Under the pieces are notes generated by a model, which saw only the letters and a list, made by a program, of their open reading frames with translations, had not been told where the DNA came from and searched no databases. This document shows, piece after piece, positions 50,282 to 62,680 of a stretch of DNA of 64,000 bases. The first letter of the stretch is position 1; every line of letters starts with the position of its first letter. The position numbers and the translations under genes are program-made. This stretch comes from Chrysemys picta bellii (taxonomy: Eukaryota). Location of the stretch: positions 191,332,001-191,396,000 of the forward strand of contig NC_088791.1 of assembly GCF_011386835.1 (NCBI RefSeq). Reading direction: 5' to 3'.

Positions 50282-52939
50282 GTTAGTTACTACTACTACT
50301 TTTATAAAATTCCACATCCATATTTTGTTTTATTTTTCAAAGGATGGACACATCACTACCTCTGGGAAAAAATTAGTATGCAGCCAAAATATTTGAAACA
50401 TACACATTTACATTAGTTCTTTAAAATAAAACATAAAATTATCTAAGGTAATAGCAAGGTATTTTGCCATGCTGTGGATAATAGAAAGATACAAACAAAG
50501 GACAAATTTTGGGCTAATCAAATCTATTTCTTCAACCAGTCTTGCTAAATTTCTTTTGGTCTAAACTGACTATTTAAACTGGTCTTTTTTCCGTTGGAAA
50601 TATTAGGGTCTCAGAGTGATAGTCAATTTCTTCACTGTCTGTCCTTTCTTCACCGTTAATCTGCTCAATAAATTAATCAGTGGACAGCAGTCATGTAAGG
50701 ATATGGTTGCCAAATGTTTAACATAGACGTAGTTTTATCCACCACGTGTAACAAAATTGAGTGTGATTAGGACAAATAAAAAAATTGCTTTTGATTTTAA
50801 TTTAAAAGAAAACTCAAGTGATCCATTATACTACCTAAGCTAACTGACTCAGTTTTTCCCAAATGAGAGCATATCTTGTGTGTGTATATAAAAGGAATGT
50901 TTAAAACTGGTTTTGGAAGTACTGGCCGCTGTTTCAAGTTCTTCATTCAATGGGACTGTTTTGTCACAATGGAGGCTACCACTTTTACGAGCCATCTCTG
51001 CAAGGCCCAGTTTAATGAAAAAAAGAAAAAAATGATTAACTTTTGCCACTAAAAAGCACTGGATGTCAGAAAGTTTTAAAGTTATAAGATGCTTTAAAAA
51101 TGGTTAATGTTGTTAATACTATTAAAATAACCAACAAGTGTTTTTTGTTTTGATTTTTAATGTTTAGAACTTGCTTCAGGTCAGTTCTGAAACTTTGACT
51201 TCGGTGCTTTTTAACAACAAACCTAATGTTTTTTTTTTCAGTCCTGCTTTGTGTCATCAATCTGATTTTAGTGTGTATGTGGTGACAATATTATCCAAAA
51301 GAGCAAAATTATATAATTTTTTGTAATGCACGTTTGAGTTTATCCAGACCTTAAATAGTCACTACCATCTCCTCCCTTCCATATTTCTTTACTGGTGGTT
51401 CTTCCCTCTCCCTCTGGGAGCTCCTCTCACAGGTTAATTTCAGCAGCTTGCTACATCACTCTTAATTTATAACGTAAGACGCTCAAACAAGTTTTATTGT
51501 TGCCAATAAAAAAAAATTTTAAAAGTAGAAAAGTTAAAACAGGATGCCTTCAGCAAGACTAACCACAATCAGCAAGTAACAGGCAGTGTAAATGTTGAAA
51601 CAAACATTGGACTTTTATTATGTGAATATCCATCTTTACCTTGAGTTCCCATAGTACCTAATTGTATGACAGGTTTAACATTTAGGGTTTTTTTAATGTT
51701 TAGTTAAATGGCTTAAATCAGGATTAAAACAGATTTAACTTTTGTATTTAATTTTAAAAGCTTTAGGAACTGCATGAATACATGCTGCCAAACTCCATGC
51801 ATGCCAGGGACTATATTAATGTCCTTCTCCACTCTTCTCATAAAATCAAGCCTGTAGTTGAGTGAGAAGTCAGATTCACAAATTACAGAACACTTTGTAT
51901 GTAACCCCACCACCCTGCAGGACATCTAACACAGCTTTTAATACTGCAACAATTCTTGCTGTAACATGACAACGTCAGAGACACCAGCAACCTAATAGTA
52001 TTTTATCTGAAAATGTTTTGCCTATTGTTGCTACAAGTACGGCTGAAGAATACTGTAGTGGAATAAAATTGAGGGAGGGGAGGAAATCTATTTTTTTCCG
52101 TAGCATGTTTAGTTTGCTCCTTTGACAGCATTTTATAGTCTGTTTCCTGTGCTGGTTGCTTGGCTCTTTCATGCAGCATCTGGGAAAAGAGAAGCATTAA
52201 AAAACAAAAGTATGGCTGTAAAACGTGAGTGGCAGGAGGATTCAGGAGATGGTGTAGTATCGAACTACTTTTAATTCAATTTTTAAAAACAATACGTTTC
52301 AAGTTGACACTTGTTCTTTTAAACTGTGGAAGAACCTATTTATTGTTTGATTTTTGGCTTGAAACAATGTTTGCTCATAATTGTCCATCAAAAAGAAATA
52401 GAACCTCCATTGTATCTCAGTCTGAAGGAGCTGGATTAAATATTAGTCAGAGTGGCAATAAAGATAAAATCAAATCAAATGCTGTAGGACTGCTTTTTCC
52501 AAACAGAACAGAGATGCATAAATATCTATCAGGCATTATATTCTGTTAGGCTTAAGGAGATCTTCCAGGACTATTTGGCTGTTGTTAATCTATGCAGACT
52601 TTGAATCAGATCTAAAAAGATTAGGTTAAATTGGTAATCCAAGATGTAATACTTCACAGATGGCTGCTTTCAATAGATATAGAACAAAGATATTTTTGTT
52701 ATGCTTTAAAAGGCAAACTTCAGTATAATATTAGAAATTCTTACATCTTCATCCAACTACAAAAAGTAAATGGCAAAAAACACATATAAATCTTTAAAAA
52801 TAAAGAATTAGCACTAAAATTAGTGCCCATTTTACAGTTGTTGGTCAGAAAGATTTAAAAACCATTTCCCAGGCTTCTCTTCTGGTTCTTTGCTGGAAAG
52901 AAGAAGTTCATTGACAAAATAATCTGAGACTGTTCCTGT

Positions 52940-53290
52940 GAAACATCTAGCCCAGTTTTGCAGACAGTATCAGATCCGAGTTCCATCTAGTCCAGTGTTT
53001 TGTCTCCAATAATGCTCAGTACCAGATATTTCAGTGGAAGGTGTGACAACCCTGCTGTAGGCAGATCTGTCCTCTACATTGTCTCATCCTAGTTTCCCTT
53101 AGTTAAATTGGTTGAAGCCCTGAAGCATGAACTTTAATATCCCTTCCAAAATTCGTTCTTAATTATAGCTGGAGATTCTTGATATCCATGTAAATGTCCA
53201 GCCCCTTTTTTTATATCTTGCTAAGCTCTTGTTTGATAAATGTCCAATCTTCAAGTTTAGCTGAACAAAAACTTGGAACACTTCCTATGC
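52940..53290. mobile_element. CR1-related fragment
   Basis: catctagcccag...gttccatctagtccagtg resembles reptile CR1-associated sequence; recognised by eye. Confidence 0.4.
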
Positions 53291-53396
53291 CACAGTGTCT
53301 GTCATTATCTTTGTAGCAATTGGTAACTGTTTGTGTATCTATTGTAAGTTTATAATACTACGGCTATAGTTTGCTGTTCTCCATGTGGGCTGAAGA

Positions 53397-53656
53397 TAGG
53401 ACAAGAAATAATGGAGTTAATCTGCAGCAAGGAGCGTTAGGTTAGATATGAGTAAAACCTTTTTAACTATAAGGGTAGTTAAGCTCTGGAACAGGCTTCC
53501 AAGGGAGGTTGTGGAATCCCCATCACTGGAGGTTTTTAAGAACTGGTTGGACAAACAGCTGTCAAGGATGGTCTAGGTACTTGGATCTTGCTTTAGTGAG
53601 GGGGCTGAACTTGATAACTTTAAGTCCCTTCCAATCCTACATTTCTATGATTCTAT
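53397..53656 (+). mobile_element. CR1 LINE 3' end
   Basis: aggacaagaaataatgg...ggaacaggcttccaagggaggttgtggaatcccc...tttctatgattctat tail. Confidence 0.88.
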
Positions 53657-53917
53657 ACTCTAATTTTAGCTTTTTAGAAATACAGTGTGGGAGAAATCAA
53701 TGTTTGCCAAGTAGAAAAGGACTTACATGAGTATCAGAATGTTTCAGTGCTCTTAAAAAAAAAAAAAAAAAAAACTATGTTCTGTAAAATCATTTGGCCT
53801 ATTTTAAAGTGGTCAGTGTAACTTCAAATATAAATAAAATGTAGACTGAGTTACCCTGGCCTGGTTTGGGGTCTGTTGATGTGCTTAACCCTCTGAAAAG
53901 AATTATTTTCTTATTAG

Positions 53918-54035
53918 GCACGAGGGAAAAAACGACAGATAGGATGGTTCCCTGCTAACTATGTAAAACTTTTAAGTCCTGGTACCAGTAAAACTACACC
54001 AACCGAGCCACCTAAATCAACAGTATTACCTTCTG
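53918..54035 (+). CDS. ITSN1: ITSN1 exon, second half of SH3D ([39 protein letters not shown])
   Basis: ttattag acceptor and G|gtaagt donor; 118 nt, phase 0 to 1. Confidence 0.96.
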
Positions 54036-54858
54036 GTAAGTAACACAGTAATGTTCTCAAAATATTTATTGTTCTGTGTCACTTGTGTAGTTTAGAACTG
54101 GACATTTCTAGTGAACTAACTGTTTTATACTAGTCACTTGGGTTTCAAAGTTCCTTTCTAAAAATATTTCATTTTTCTTATGAATTTCTATACAATAAGT
54201 TTCTTTATTTCATCTATAGAGTATTTTCTCATATCTAGCTTTGATCATATGACTTTAGGGAAAGCAGACCAGTCGAGTTAACATGCAATATATCTGTCAT
54301 ACATATTTGCTTATTTTAATGCTAATGAAAGGATACAGGACTGATGCCCCTAGAGACTGAAATATACTATCCACTAAAGATCCAGCACAGGCAGTAACAA
54401 ACCATCCTACTAATGTATGCCAACTGTGGCAGGACCAGGTTTAAGGGTGAGAAGATAGCTCATTCTGTGTCCTTAATATCCCTGCTGAGTTTGCCAGTTT
54501 GGGTGGTACCCTTGTGGTAAGGACACTTGCCCATGAGGATCTGAAGTGAGACAATCAGTTTGATCCACATAAGCCATTGAACGATATCCAGATGGTAATG
54601 TCTTCCATTAATTTGACCTGGCTTGGACTTACACTCGTACACTACTTCCCTGAGCTGTTCTCTAACCATTATCATTCCCTTGAGCCAAAAGGAGTCTATT
54701 TCTAATTGACTGTGTATAAAACATTGAACCTACACACTGACACACCAAGCATGCCGTCTATCTTGATGTTCTGTCTCCAAATAATTAGGAAAAGTAGTCA
54801 TAAGTATTTAAATGCTAGGGAACTAGATAAGTCATGAAATTATAATGGAATACTCGAA

Positions 54859-55174
54859 TGACTGAAAGCTGTCATCTGATATGTTCAGTGACCTCTTTGA
54901 AAAGTATGAAATAAGTCTCATTTCAGTTTTCGGTGAAAGCAGGTGGCCACATCAGAAAAGTCTGCATCCCAAGTGGCACTAAATGGCCCTCTTATTGGTA
55001 GATTTAGCAGGAAAGCAAAAAAGTCAACTAGCATGAAGACTGATCTATCTTCTCACCACTGGTGAGGTAGCTTCCACCAGTTCAGGCTTGGGGCACACTT
55101 GCAAGGCATTGCAGAGGCACTTGTATTTTCTGTATTATAGGGCTGACAAGCTAGAACCTTTCACAAGCGCTAAA
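54859..55174 (+). mobile_element. LF-SINE-like ancient SINE
   Basis: Collinear blocks: ggtggccacatcagaaaa, tggcactaaatggccctcttattgg, gagactgatcta...ctcaccactgg, caggcttggggcacac and ctagaacctttcacaagcgctaaa resemble the LF-SINE consensus as recalled. Confidence 0.65.
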
Positions 55175-56138
55175 CAGTGTTTTATACAAATACACAAACA
55201 TTCTAGTAATGTCTTACATTATTCGTATCGTGAATATTGGACACCTCAAACATGATCGTACCAAATACAACTTTATATTGACTTTGGAGAGTGTGTGGAA
55301 GAAAAGGGACGATCTTGTATTTCCTTTTGTAATGATAATGTCCTCATTTGGCATGTGGTCAGTCTAATAGGGTGTCTTTATGGAGGAAGTCTGGAGGTAT
55401 GGGCTGGTGGAACAGAATATAGAGGTTTTTTTTATGCAAAGGAGCAACTTATGGCTGTGGGAAGTAGAACTGAGAAGAATCTTCATAAGAGGAGAGTAGT
55501 GGCCAGGGTAGTACATAGAGAGGGGTCTTTAAAGTGTGCAATAGCACATGATGTCTGGAGTTTGAAGGGGAAGGACTATCATAACATAACATGAATTGTA
55601 TGACTTTGGACAGCTTTTTAAATTCTGTTGAATGGACACTTTTTGCCTATTGGGACCTTGAGAGTTTCTTAATTTCTCACTGCTTTATATCTGTCCCCTT
55701 CCAAACCTGTGATGTGAGCACTGTCCTCCTAGCTTGAGAAATGAGTGGGACTCCCTTCATAGCCTGTGAGTGCCACTTCTGTATTGCCACAGGTAGAGAG
55801 GTTATTTTATAGAAATACTAGGAAACCTGTTTCCAAGCATTCCTACTTACTTTAAAGAATAAGTGTGCTGCTTCCATAGTATTTGTAGCTTGTGCTGAGC
55901 TGGAGAGAGCCAGACAGGAACCTACACTCTGATTCTAACCCATGTATCAGATGATGTATTACAAATAACCACTGGGCCAACTGCATATCATTATTTTGTT
56001 GTTTTTTTTAACAGAAATGAGGGGTACATACGCTTTAATTTACTTATATAGTTATCTGTGGGTTTTGGAGCTGCTGTCACTGCTAGGAATACAAGCAAAT
56101 TGGGATCATTCCTAGGGTTTTCCATCTGAGATGAGGTA

Positions 56139-56307
56139 CAGTAGAATCTCAGAGTTTAGTAGTTTATATTTAACACGGTACTGTACTGTATTTGCTTCTT
56201 TTTTTTGTCTCTGCTGCTGCCTGATTGTGTACTTCTGGTTCCAAATGAGGTGTGTGGTTGACTGGACAGTTCATAACTCTGGTGTTCATAACTCTGAGGT
56301 TCTACTG
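56139..56307. mobile_element. TcMar-Tigger-like MITE
   Basis: TIRs cagtagaatctcagagtt / aactctgaggttctactg; TA TSD on both sides. Confidence 0.85.
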
Positions 56308-57603
56308 TATATTCAAAACTCCACTAGCAAACTTAAGTGTAGTGGGATCGGACCAAATTCAGACTTTATTTGGCTCAATGCAGTATTAGTTGGGACAAAT
56401 AACAGTGGATGACAAATTACCTTTTTTCAGCGTAAGAAACAGAATGCTAAAAATTTATAAATGTTAGAGAAACTCTGCACTGAAATGTGTACACCATATA
56501 TAGTCAAATGTGGAAATTAGCTTGGATTAGCTATCTGACTCCTCCTTAGCATGATAGGCAAAGCAATAATTAAAAGGAGTCCTGACAGGCTCCAGATCTC
56601 TGGAGAAGTAAACAGGAATTATTTTGAGTTATACAAGTGCTAGCATAGAGTACTGGGAGGAAATTAATGCTGAATATCATGGAGCTGTTTCCTGACACTG
56701 AGATCTATTAGACTGTCAAACGATCTTTTGAGGGGAAAATACCAGAAGCCCCATTGCTTGGAACATAGAACACAGCAGAAAGGATAAGGAAATAAGTTGT
56801 TGTTGTTGTTCTTTTGTTTAAAAGCCCTACTTGGTTTGGGAGAATTGGGCCAGTTTTCTAATTTTCCTCCCTATTGTGATTGTGCGGAACCCATTGTGTC
56901 CTGGGAGCCACTCAGATATACTGAGTTCCATGATAAGAAAATAGAAAAATATATTGCAGGCAACAATTTTGCCCTGGCAAGAGGATGGGTTAAATGACCT
57001 AACAAGTTTTCTGATTTTTTCCCCCCTCTTCCACCCCCCCCCACCCCCCCACCCAATAGTCTCTAATTTCTGATATTCTAAACATCTCTGGCAGCATTGT
57101 CACCAGAGGGATCTCATTGCTTGCTTTCTCCTGACTGGATCTGTGTTTAGGCTTTCTCCCCCTTCAAAGCAAAGTTATAATACTTTGAAGAAAGAGTCCA
57201 TACCCTAAATTTGTAAAAGTGGGGGTTCAAAAATGTTCTGTATGCCACAGTTATTTGTCAGTTGACCAGTCCTAGCTGAGAGAGTAGGCTTTGTAATGCT
57301 AGAGAAGATCCAGAACATGTGGGATTGTTTTGTCTCCATATAAAACCACTGTAGAGCTTTTGTGGGTAGAATAACTATAAAACTAAAGTTAAATGGCTGT
57401 AGAAAACTAATATCTAATCCTAGAACAAGTTCTGACTTTCAGAAAGTCAATCTTGATATGTAAACCCATCTTATTATTTGCTGAGTATTTTCTAACCAGG
57501 GAAATATTGCAGACAGTAATCATCATTGTAACTTGAATACACTTACATATGATATTTTACTGGAATGTTATCGATGCCATAGACTTGTTCATTTATCTTA
57601 CAG

Positions 57604-57795
57604 TGTGCCAAGTAATTGGCATGTATGACTACACTGCACAGAATGACGATGAACTGGCATTCAACAAAGGCCAGATCATAAACGTCCTGAACAAGGACGA
57701 CCCAGATTGGTGGAAAGGAGAAGTGAATGGACAAGTGGGTCTCTTCCCATCCAACTATGTGAAACTGACGACAGATATGGACCCAAGCCAGCAAT
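57604..57795 (+). CDS. ITSN1: ITSN1 exon, SH3E ([20 protein letters not shown]...[13 protein letters not shown])
   Basis: ttacag acceptor and T|gtaagt donor; 192 nt, phase 1 to 1; ORF 57549..57803. Confidence 0.97.
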
Positions 57796-58009
57796 GTAAG
57801 TGACCTGCTTACTATTTTACTGTTACTGCTTATGTAGTATTTTAAAATGTAACATGCAGCATTGCTATGATTCTGCTATGGTTTGCAGAACTCAAAGCTT
57901 GACCACTGCTGCATTTGCCAAAGTCTCTTTGAAGACCTTCTGTAAAAGAAACCTTATTTTGTGTTTTGGTTTTTTTAGTTCCATCCCCTTTGTAGCATGT
58001 TCCCTTTTA

Positions 58010-58245
58010 NNNNNNNNNNNNNNNNNNNNNNNNNNNNNNNNNNNNNNNNNNNNNNNNNNNNNNNNNNNNNNNNNNNNNNNNNNNNNNNNNNNNNNNNNNN
58101 NNNNNNNNNNNNNNNNNNNNNNNNNNNNNNNNNNNNNNNNNNNNNNNNNNNNNNNNNNNNNNNNNNNNNNNNNNNNNNNNNNNNNNNNNNNNNNNNNNNN
58201 NNNNNNNNNNNNNNNNNNNNNNNNNNNNNNNNNNNNNNNNNNNNN
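58010..58245. other. Assembly gap (236 N)
   Basis: Run of N; the four X-rich ORF-track entries here are artefacts. Confidence 1.
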
Positions 58246-58491
58246 TCTGAGTAGAAGAACACACTGCAGAGCAGTTTACCTCATTTTACATTAGTTGCAT
58301 GTAATCGCAATGTTTGAGTTAATTATCTACAGATATAGAAGCAAAATTACAAAAAAAAAAAAATACACAGGATAGTGGGTCCTTTTGTGGCTTTCATAGT
58401 TACTAAACCAATTTTTTCCACCTTTGCACAGGTGCTTTCAGTAGTTTTACAAATAATTTTAAATGTGTATTTTAGCCTTTTAAAGGAAAAG

Positions 58492-58501
58492 AATAAATAA
58501 A
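58492..58501 (+). terminator. Overlapping AATAAA poly(A) signals (proximal)
   Basis: AATAAA at 58492-58497 and 58496-58501 inside the inferred UTR. Confidence 0.5.
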
Positions 58502-59582
58502 ATTTCTGCAATGCAATTTTTGTTCTTGCAAAAAGACCCACTATCAAGGAATGCTGCATGTGCTATTAAAATTGTTCCAAATGTCCATAAATCTGAGACT
58601 TTATGTATCTTTTTTTATTTTTCACTTGTCCAGTGTTATCAATGTCTTGTTTTTTTCTATTACAAAAGAACAGAAGGAGTTAAATCAGTTTAAGGAACTT
58701 TAACACATGCCCAATTGGTATTTTGTTCCAGTTCTTATACTGTATGTATCAGGTGTTCCTTGTTGAGTATGTAATACATTGTGGACAGAAGAAATTAATT
58801 TCCTTCCAATGCAAGAGATACTATCCTTGCATAATGCTGTAATCCTTATTGCATTAATTTTATTTTGCACGGTTATTTGTAGCTACAGTAAGAAAGCATC
58901 TTTGTTTTGTTTGTCTCAGATTTGTGTGGTTTTTGCATTTTCATATCTGAAATCAGTTGAATACTACATTCATGTGGTCTTTGAGAATTAACATGACTTT
59001 TTTTTTTTTTTCAACCTGTTACATGAAGTTTTATTACCATTGTTACTTTTACATGACTATGGAACATCATCTTTTGAACAAGTAATTATCTTGACAAGAA
59101 AGAATGTATAGAAATATCTCCCTGCAATTAATTTCCAATGTTTACATTTTTTAACTAGACTGTGGAATTTATACAAATTAATATTAAATGGAGCTTACAG
59201 TCAAGTTTATGTAGTAGATGTGCTGTAGCCTAAGCCATGTTTGTCTTTCAAACATTAATTATAAGCTCTTAATGAAATGCCTGGTGCTCTCTGCACCCGG
59301 GGGGAAAAGAACCATGCCTCAAGCACAATATAGCCATTCTACTAATGACTTTAACATTTAGTCATATTCTGTTCATGTATTTCTAAATTTCATGCTGGCG
59401 GTGTCATAGAGTTCCTTCCTTACCCCTCCCCTCTTTTCATGTGGTGCAAAGAACAAGTGAAGCTCCTTATTCAGTTGCACTTCAGTATTTTCATTGATAT
59501 GAATGTAAAATATATAAATATATAAAACCTGCAGCTTTAACAACTGTAATACAGCCTTTACAATTAGTCACATGTATAGATA

Positions 59583-59588
59583 ATTAAA
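59583..59588 (+). terminator. ATTAAA variant poly(A) signal (distal)
   Basis: ATTAAA at the end of the conserved-looking UTR block, with GT-rich sequence about 30 nt downstream. Confidence 0.5.
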
Positions 59589-62399
59589 TTCTTCGTATAA
59601 AAAGCTAGACCAAAATGTGTTTGTCGTCTTCTTGCTGTGTACAAACAGAATTTGACAAGTGGTATTAGTATGTGTAACAAATTAACCATACATGAATAAC
59701 CTGAAACTCCGCTTTTAATACAGAGGCAAGTTTGTGGTGTTTCCTTTGCATACTGAGACACATTCAAATTGATCACAATTAATTACAACTTTTCAAACGT
59801 GGCTCCTGATCGTAAGTGTTTTCTAAATGCTACGTTGAAACCATCAACATGCAAGTCTCATCTATCAGTAGAGAGTGGAGCAATTGTAGTATGTTACCAC
59901 ATTGACTCTCAAACTTAATTTTAAGACTAGGATTTAAGTTTAAAATGTGCTTGTTAGTATGCTACACAGATTTTCCTTCTCCTAGAAGTGCATTCAGCAC
60001 GGTACAATATAATGTATTCCCTTCATTAGTTTGCAAAAAAAATATGCTCTGTACACTAGCATAACTTAATGTACATATTTTGCATAGCACTCAAACATTT
60101 TCGTACTATAATCATGCATGTCAGTGTTACTTGAGTGAAGGCTTTCTCGACATTCCCATTATAAGTTAGTGTGTGTAAAGATGTGTAACTTGACTATAAA
60201 CATTTGTCCTAAACACAATATTGGCCTGTATAACACCAGCCCATAAATAGATTTTCTCCAAATTTGGGCAATATCTTTGTAATTACAGTACTTAAATGAA
60301 TATTTTTTCTCTTCTCTGTACATGCAGTGGTGTCCGATGCTTGTGTGTGTGTGTGCGCGCGCGCTCTTTTTTTAAAGTGGTTTTTTTTTTTTTTTAATCA
60401 AGCAGGCAATATTTTTAAACAAATTTTCATAAGAAATTTTGATACACTGGCTTATTATGCATGATTGACAAATCACAATGGCACCAAAGTTCATGAGGTT
60501 AATGAGCCATGAACTGAAGAGTCTAAGTTTGCTCTATAAACACATTAGTGTATAGTGTGCCAAGAATCCTTGTTCTGAAGAGTGCTGTGTACCACTTGAC
60601 ACGGCAATAGTTTATAAAGCAGTCCATTGTTGCGAATAATCAACTCACTAAATAGCTCAAATCACACACTAATGTGTCCTAAACAAGACGTTCAAGTGAG
60701 CCATTATGATTTGTTAAAGCACATGAAGGTAAAAGGTATCCATAATATTTGTTTACTCAATAGACTGTAATAATTCAGGGAATTGTATTTGCTATGTAGT
60801 TACATTATTTTCAAAGGAATTGTAGTATCAGAATGAACTGTCATACACATCCATTGTTACCTTTCTAGATTTTCAAATTTCTACATTAAGTGAAAACAAA
60901 ATCAAAGGGACTCTAATGGCAAAAAAATTTAAATTAGATCCTTTAATATTACACCATTGAAAGTAAAGACTTTGAATTGTTCCTCAGAATCCAATTTTGA
61001 CTCTTCTCCTTCATTCATCCAGTTCATCTAAAAAGATCTTTAGCCTCCTCAACCACACAAAACCCAAAAGCCTATCAAGCCTGGTGCTGCAGCTTCTTCT
61101 TAGTGTATATGCAACATGCCTCAGGCGGCAAGCAGACGTATCCGGCAGAAACCTTAGCCTGCCATAGTGACTCAAATGACACAAATGCCAAGCTCCACAG
61201 CCACACTGAGATTCAGACCTTCCTGTGATGAATTACTCCCATGTCCTTGTTTCTTCAGTCCCCTGACCTGGGACTGCAAAACCAGCAGGTATGAATCCCC
61301 TTCTAGGAGGCAGTAACACCAACATGTACACAGAGGAGGAAGGGTGCATAGCCTGTCAATCATTCAACATGTTTTTAATTTATTTAACCACAATTTAGAA
61401 AAAGAGGGAAATCCTGTCACTAGCCTCATGCTGCAAGGCTCCTGAAAGCCATTCTATGTATAGGAAAAGTTAATCCTCATGTTGCATAGCAGCTTTTCTT
61501 GCTCTTTCTGGCTAACAGGAAAGCTACAACAACACTGCATACAGGAAAGGAGCGGTCATTCAAAGGGACAACGATGAGATTGGGTTTATGGCCCCTTTTA
61601 AGTCTTTTCTGCACAGTTCATAGACACTTAGTCATCTGAGGAAGACGTTTCCTTCATGAAAGTGGTTGGAGAGGGACTTCCCGAGCATGCTCGATGGAGC
61701 TGTCAACACAATTTTCAACACTGATTGCCTTCAGCAAGACTTCATCCCTGGGATGTGGGTTGTCTGGAATATTGTACTTAATTTGGCATTTTTCAGGTTG
61801 TAGAAGAGAGATTTTTCTATTTGGAATAGGGATTAGTCTCTAACTTCTGTTTACTTGAATAAAAGTAGCCTAAGTGTGTAGTTTAACACAATAACTATGA
61901 CTGTGTATTTAAGTACTGATATAGGCAGCAAATTTGCCGACTTTGCATCAGGCCTCTCAATTGAATTATCATTTTCAATTTCTTTATTCCTCTTTATTCT
62001 ATTTTAGAAATTCCTTAAAGGAAAGCTGCATTGATTTTGCTCAGCACAAACTAACCAAAACTAGTCTGGCTCAAATCCATATAAATGTGTTTGTAACACT
62101 CTTGTGATAACTAGCATAATGCCATGAAATGACCCAGTGTTGACAACAGTATAAATCAGATTATGGAACAGTTTTCATTCTGCTATATTATTGAATTAAC
62201 AATTAGGTGAAAAGTATTGTTGTTTCACTGTATTTATATTTGTACAATTTATATTATCAATTAATACTATAGTAAAGTTTGTGAATCTGATGCCTGTGGA
62301 AGACATTGGTTTGACAAATGGGATACTGAAAGCCTCTATTTATCCTAGCTACAAAGCAAGAACTTTGGGATGATTGCTAATGTGAGGTTTCCATTCACT

Positions 62400-62680
62400 C
62401 TCCTTCCTTGCCCTTCATGCCCCTTCAGTTGGCTTAAACTCTGACCCTGCAGTAGCCGTAGCTAGTGGTGAGAAGGAAGTTCAGCCCCGATAGTCCATTC
62501 GCTTTTTAACCTCTGTGCTCAGACTGTCAAGGGTTCTGGTTTGTGCCCACAGAATATTGGACTAGCACCTCCAACTCACAGGTCCACTTAATTCCTTGGC
62601 GGTGAGATAGTAATGTCTTTTGGTAACTACCAAGCTGAACTGAATTCAAACCAGTGACTGAGGTAAAAGGCTCCACATGA
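62400..62680 (-). mobile_element. LF-SINE-like SINE (reverse orientation)
   Basis: Reverse complement reads ggagccttttacctcagtcactggtttgaattcag (tRNA-like head), then cccttgacagtctgagcacagagg...gctgaacttccttctcaccactag. Confidence 0.5.

Larger units (their letters stand above)
58246..59605 (+). other. ITSN1: Probable 3' UTR of the short ITSN1 isoform (terminal exon)
   Basis: TE-free and AT-rich. Blocks such as tctgagtagaagaac...gcagagcagtttacctcatttta, caaaaagacccactatcaaggaatgctgcatgtgctattaaa and cagttgcacttcagtattttca match my recollection of the human ITSN1-S UTR. No alignment was run. Confidence 0.75.

Noticed and set aside
54320-54760. Possible LTR or retroviral fragment
   Set aside because: I found no PBS, PPT, paired LTR or convincing protein motif.
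57549-57803. ORF ending DPSQQCK* as the true C-terminus
   Set aside because: It reads through a consensus donor (T|gtaagt), so CK* is intronic unless the intron is retained.
57800-58294. X-rich ORFs
   Set aside because: Artefacts of translating across the N gap.
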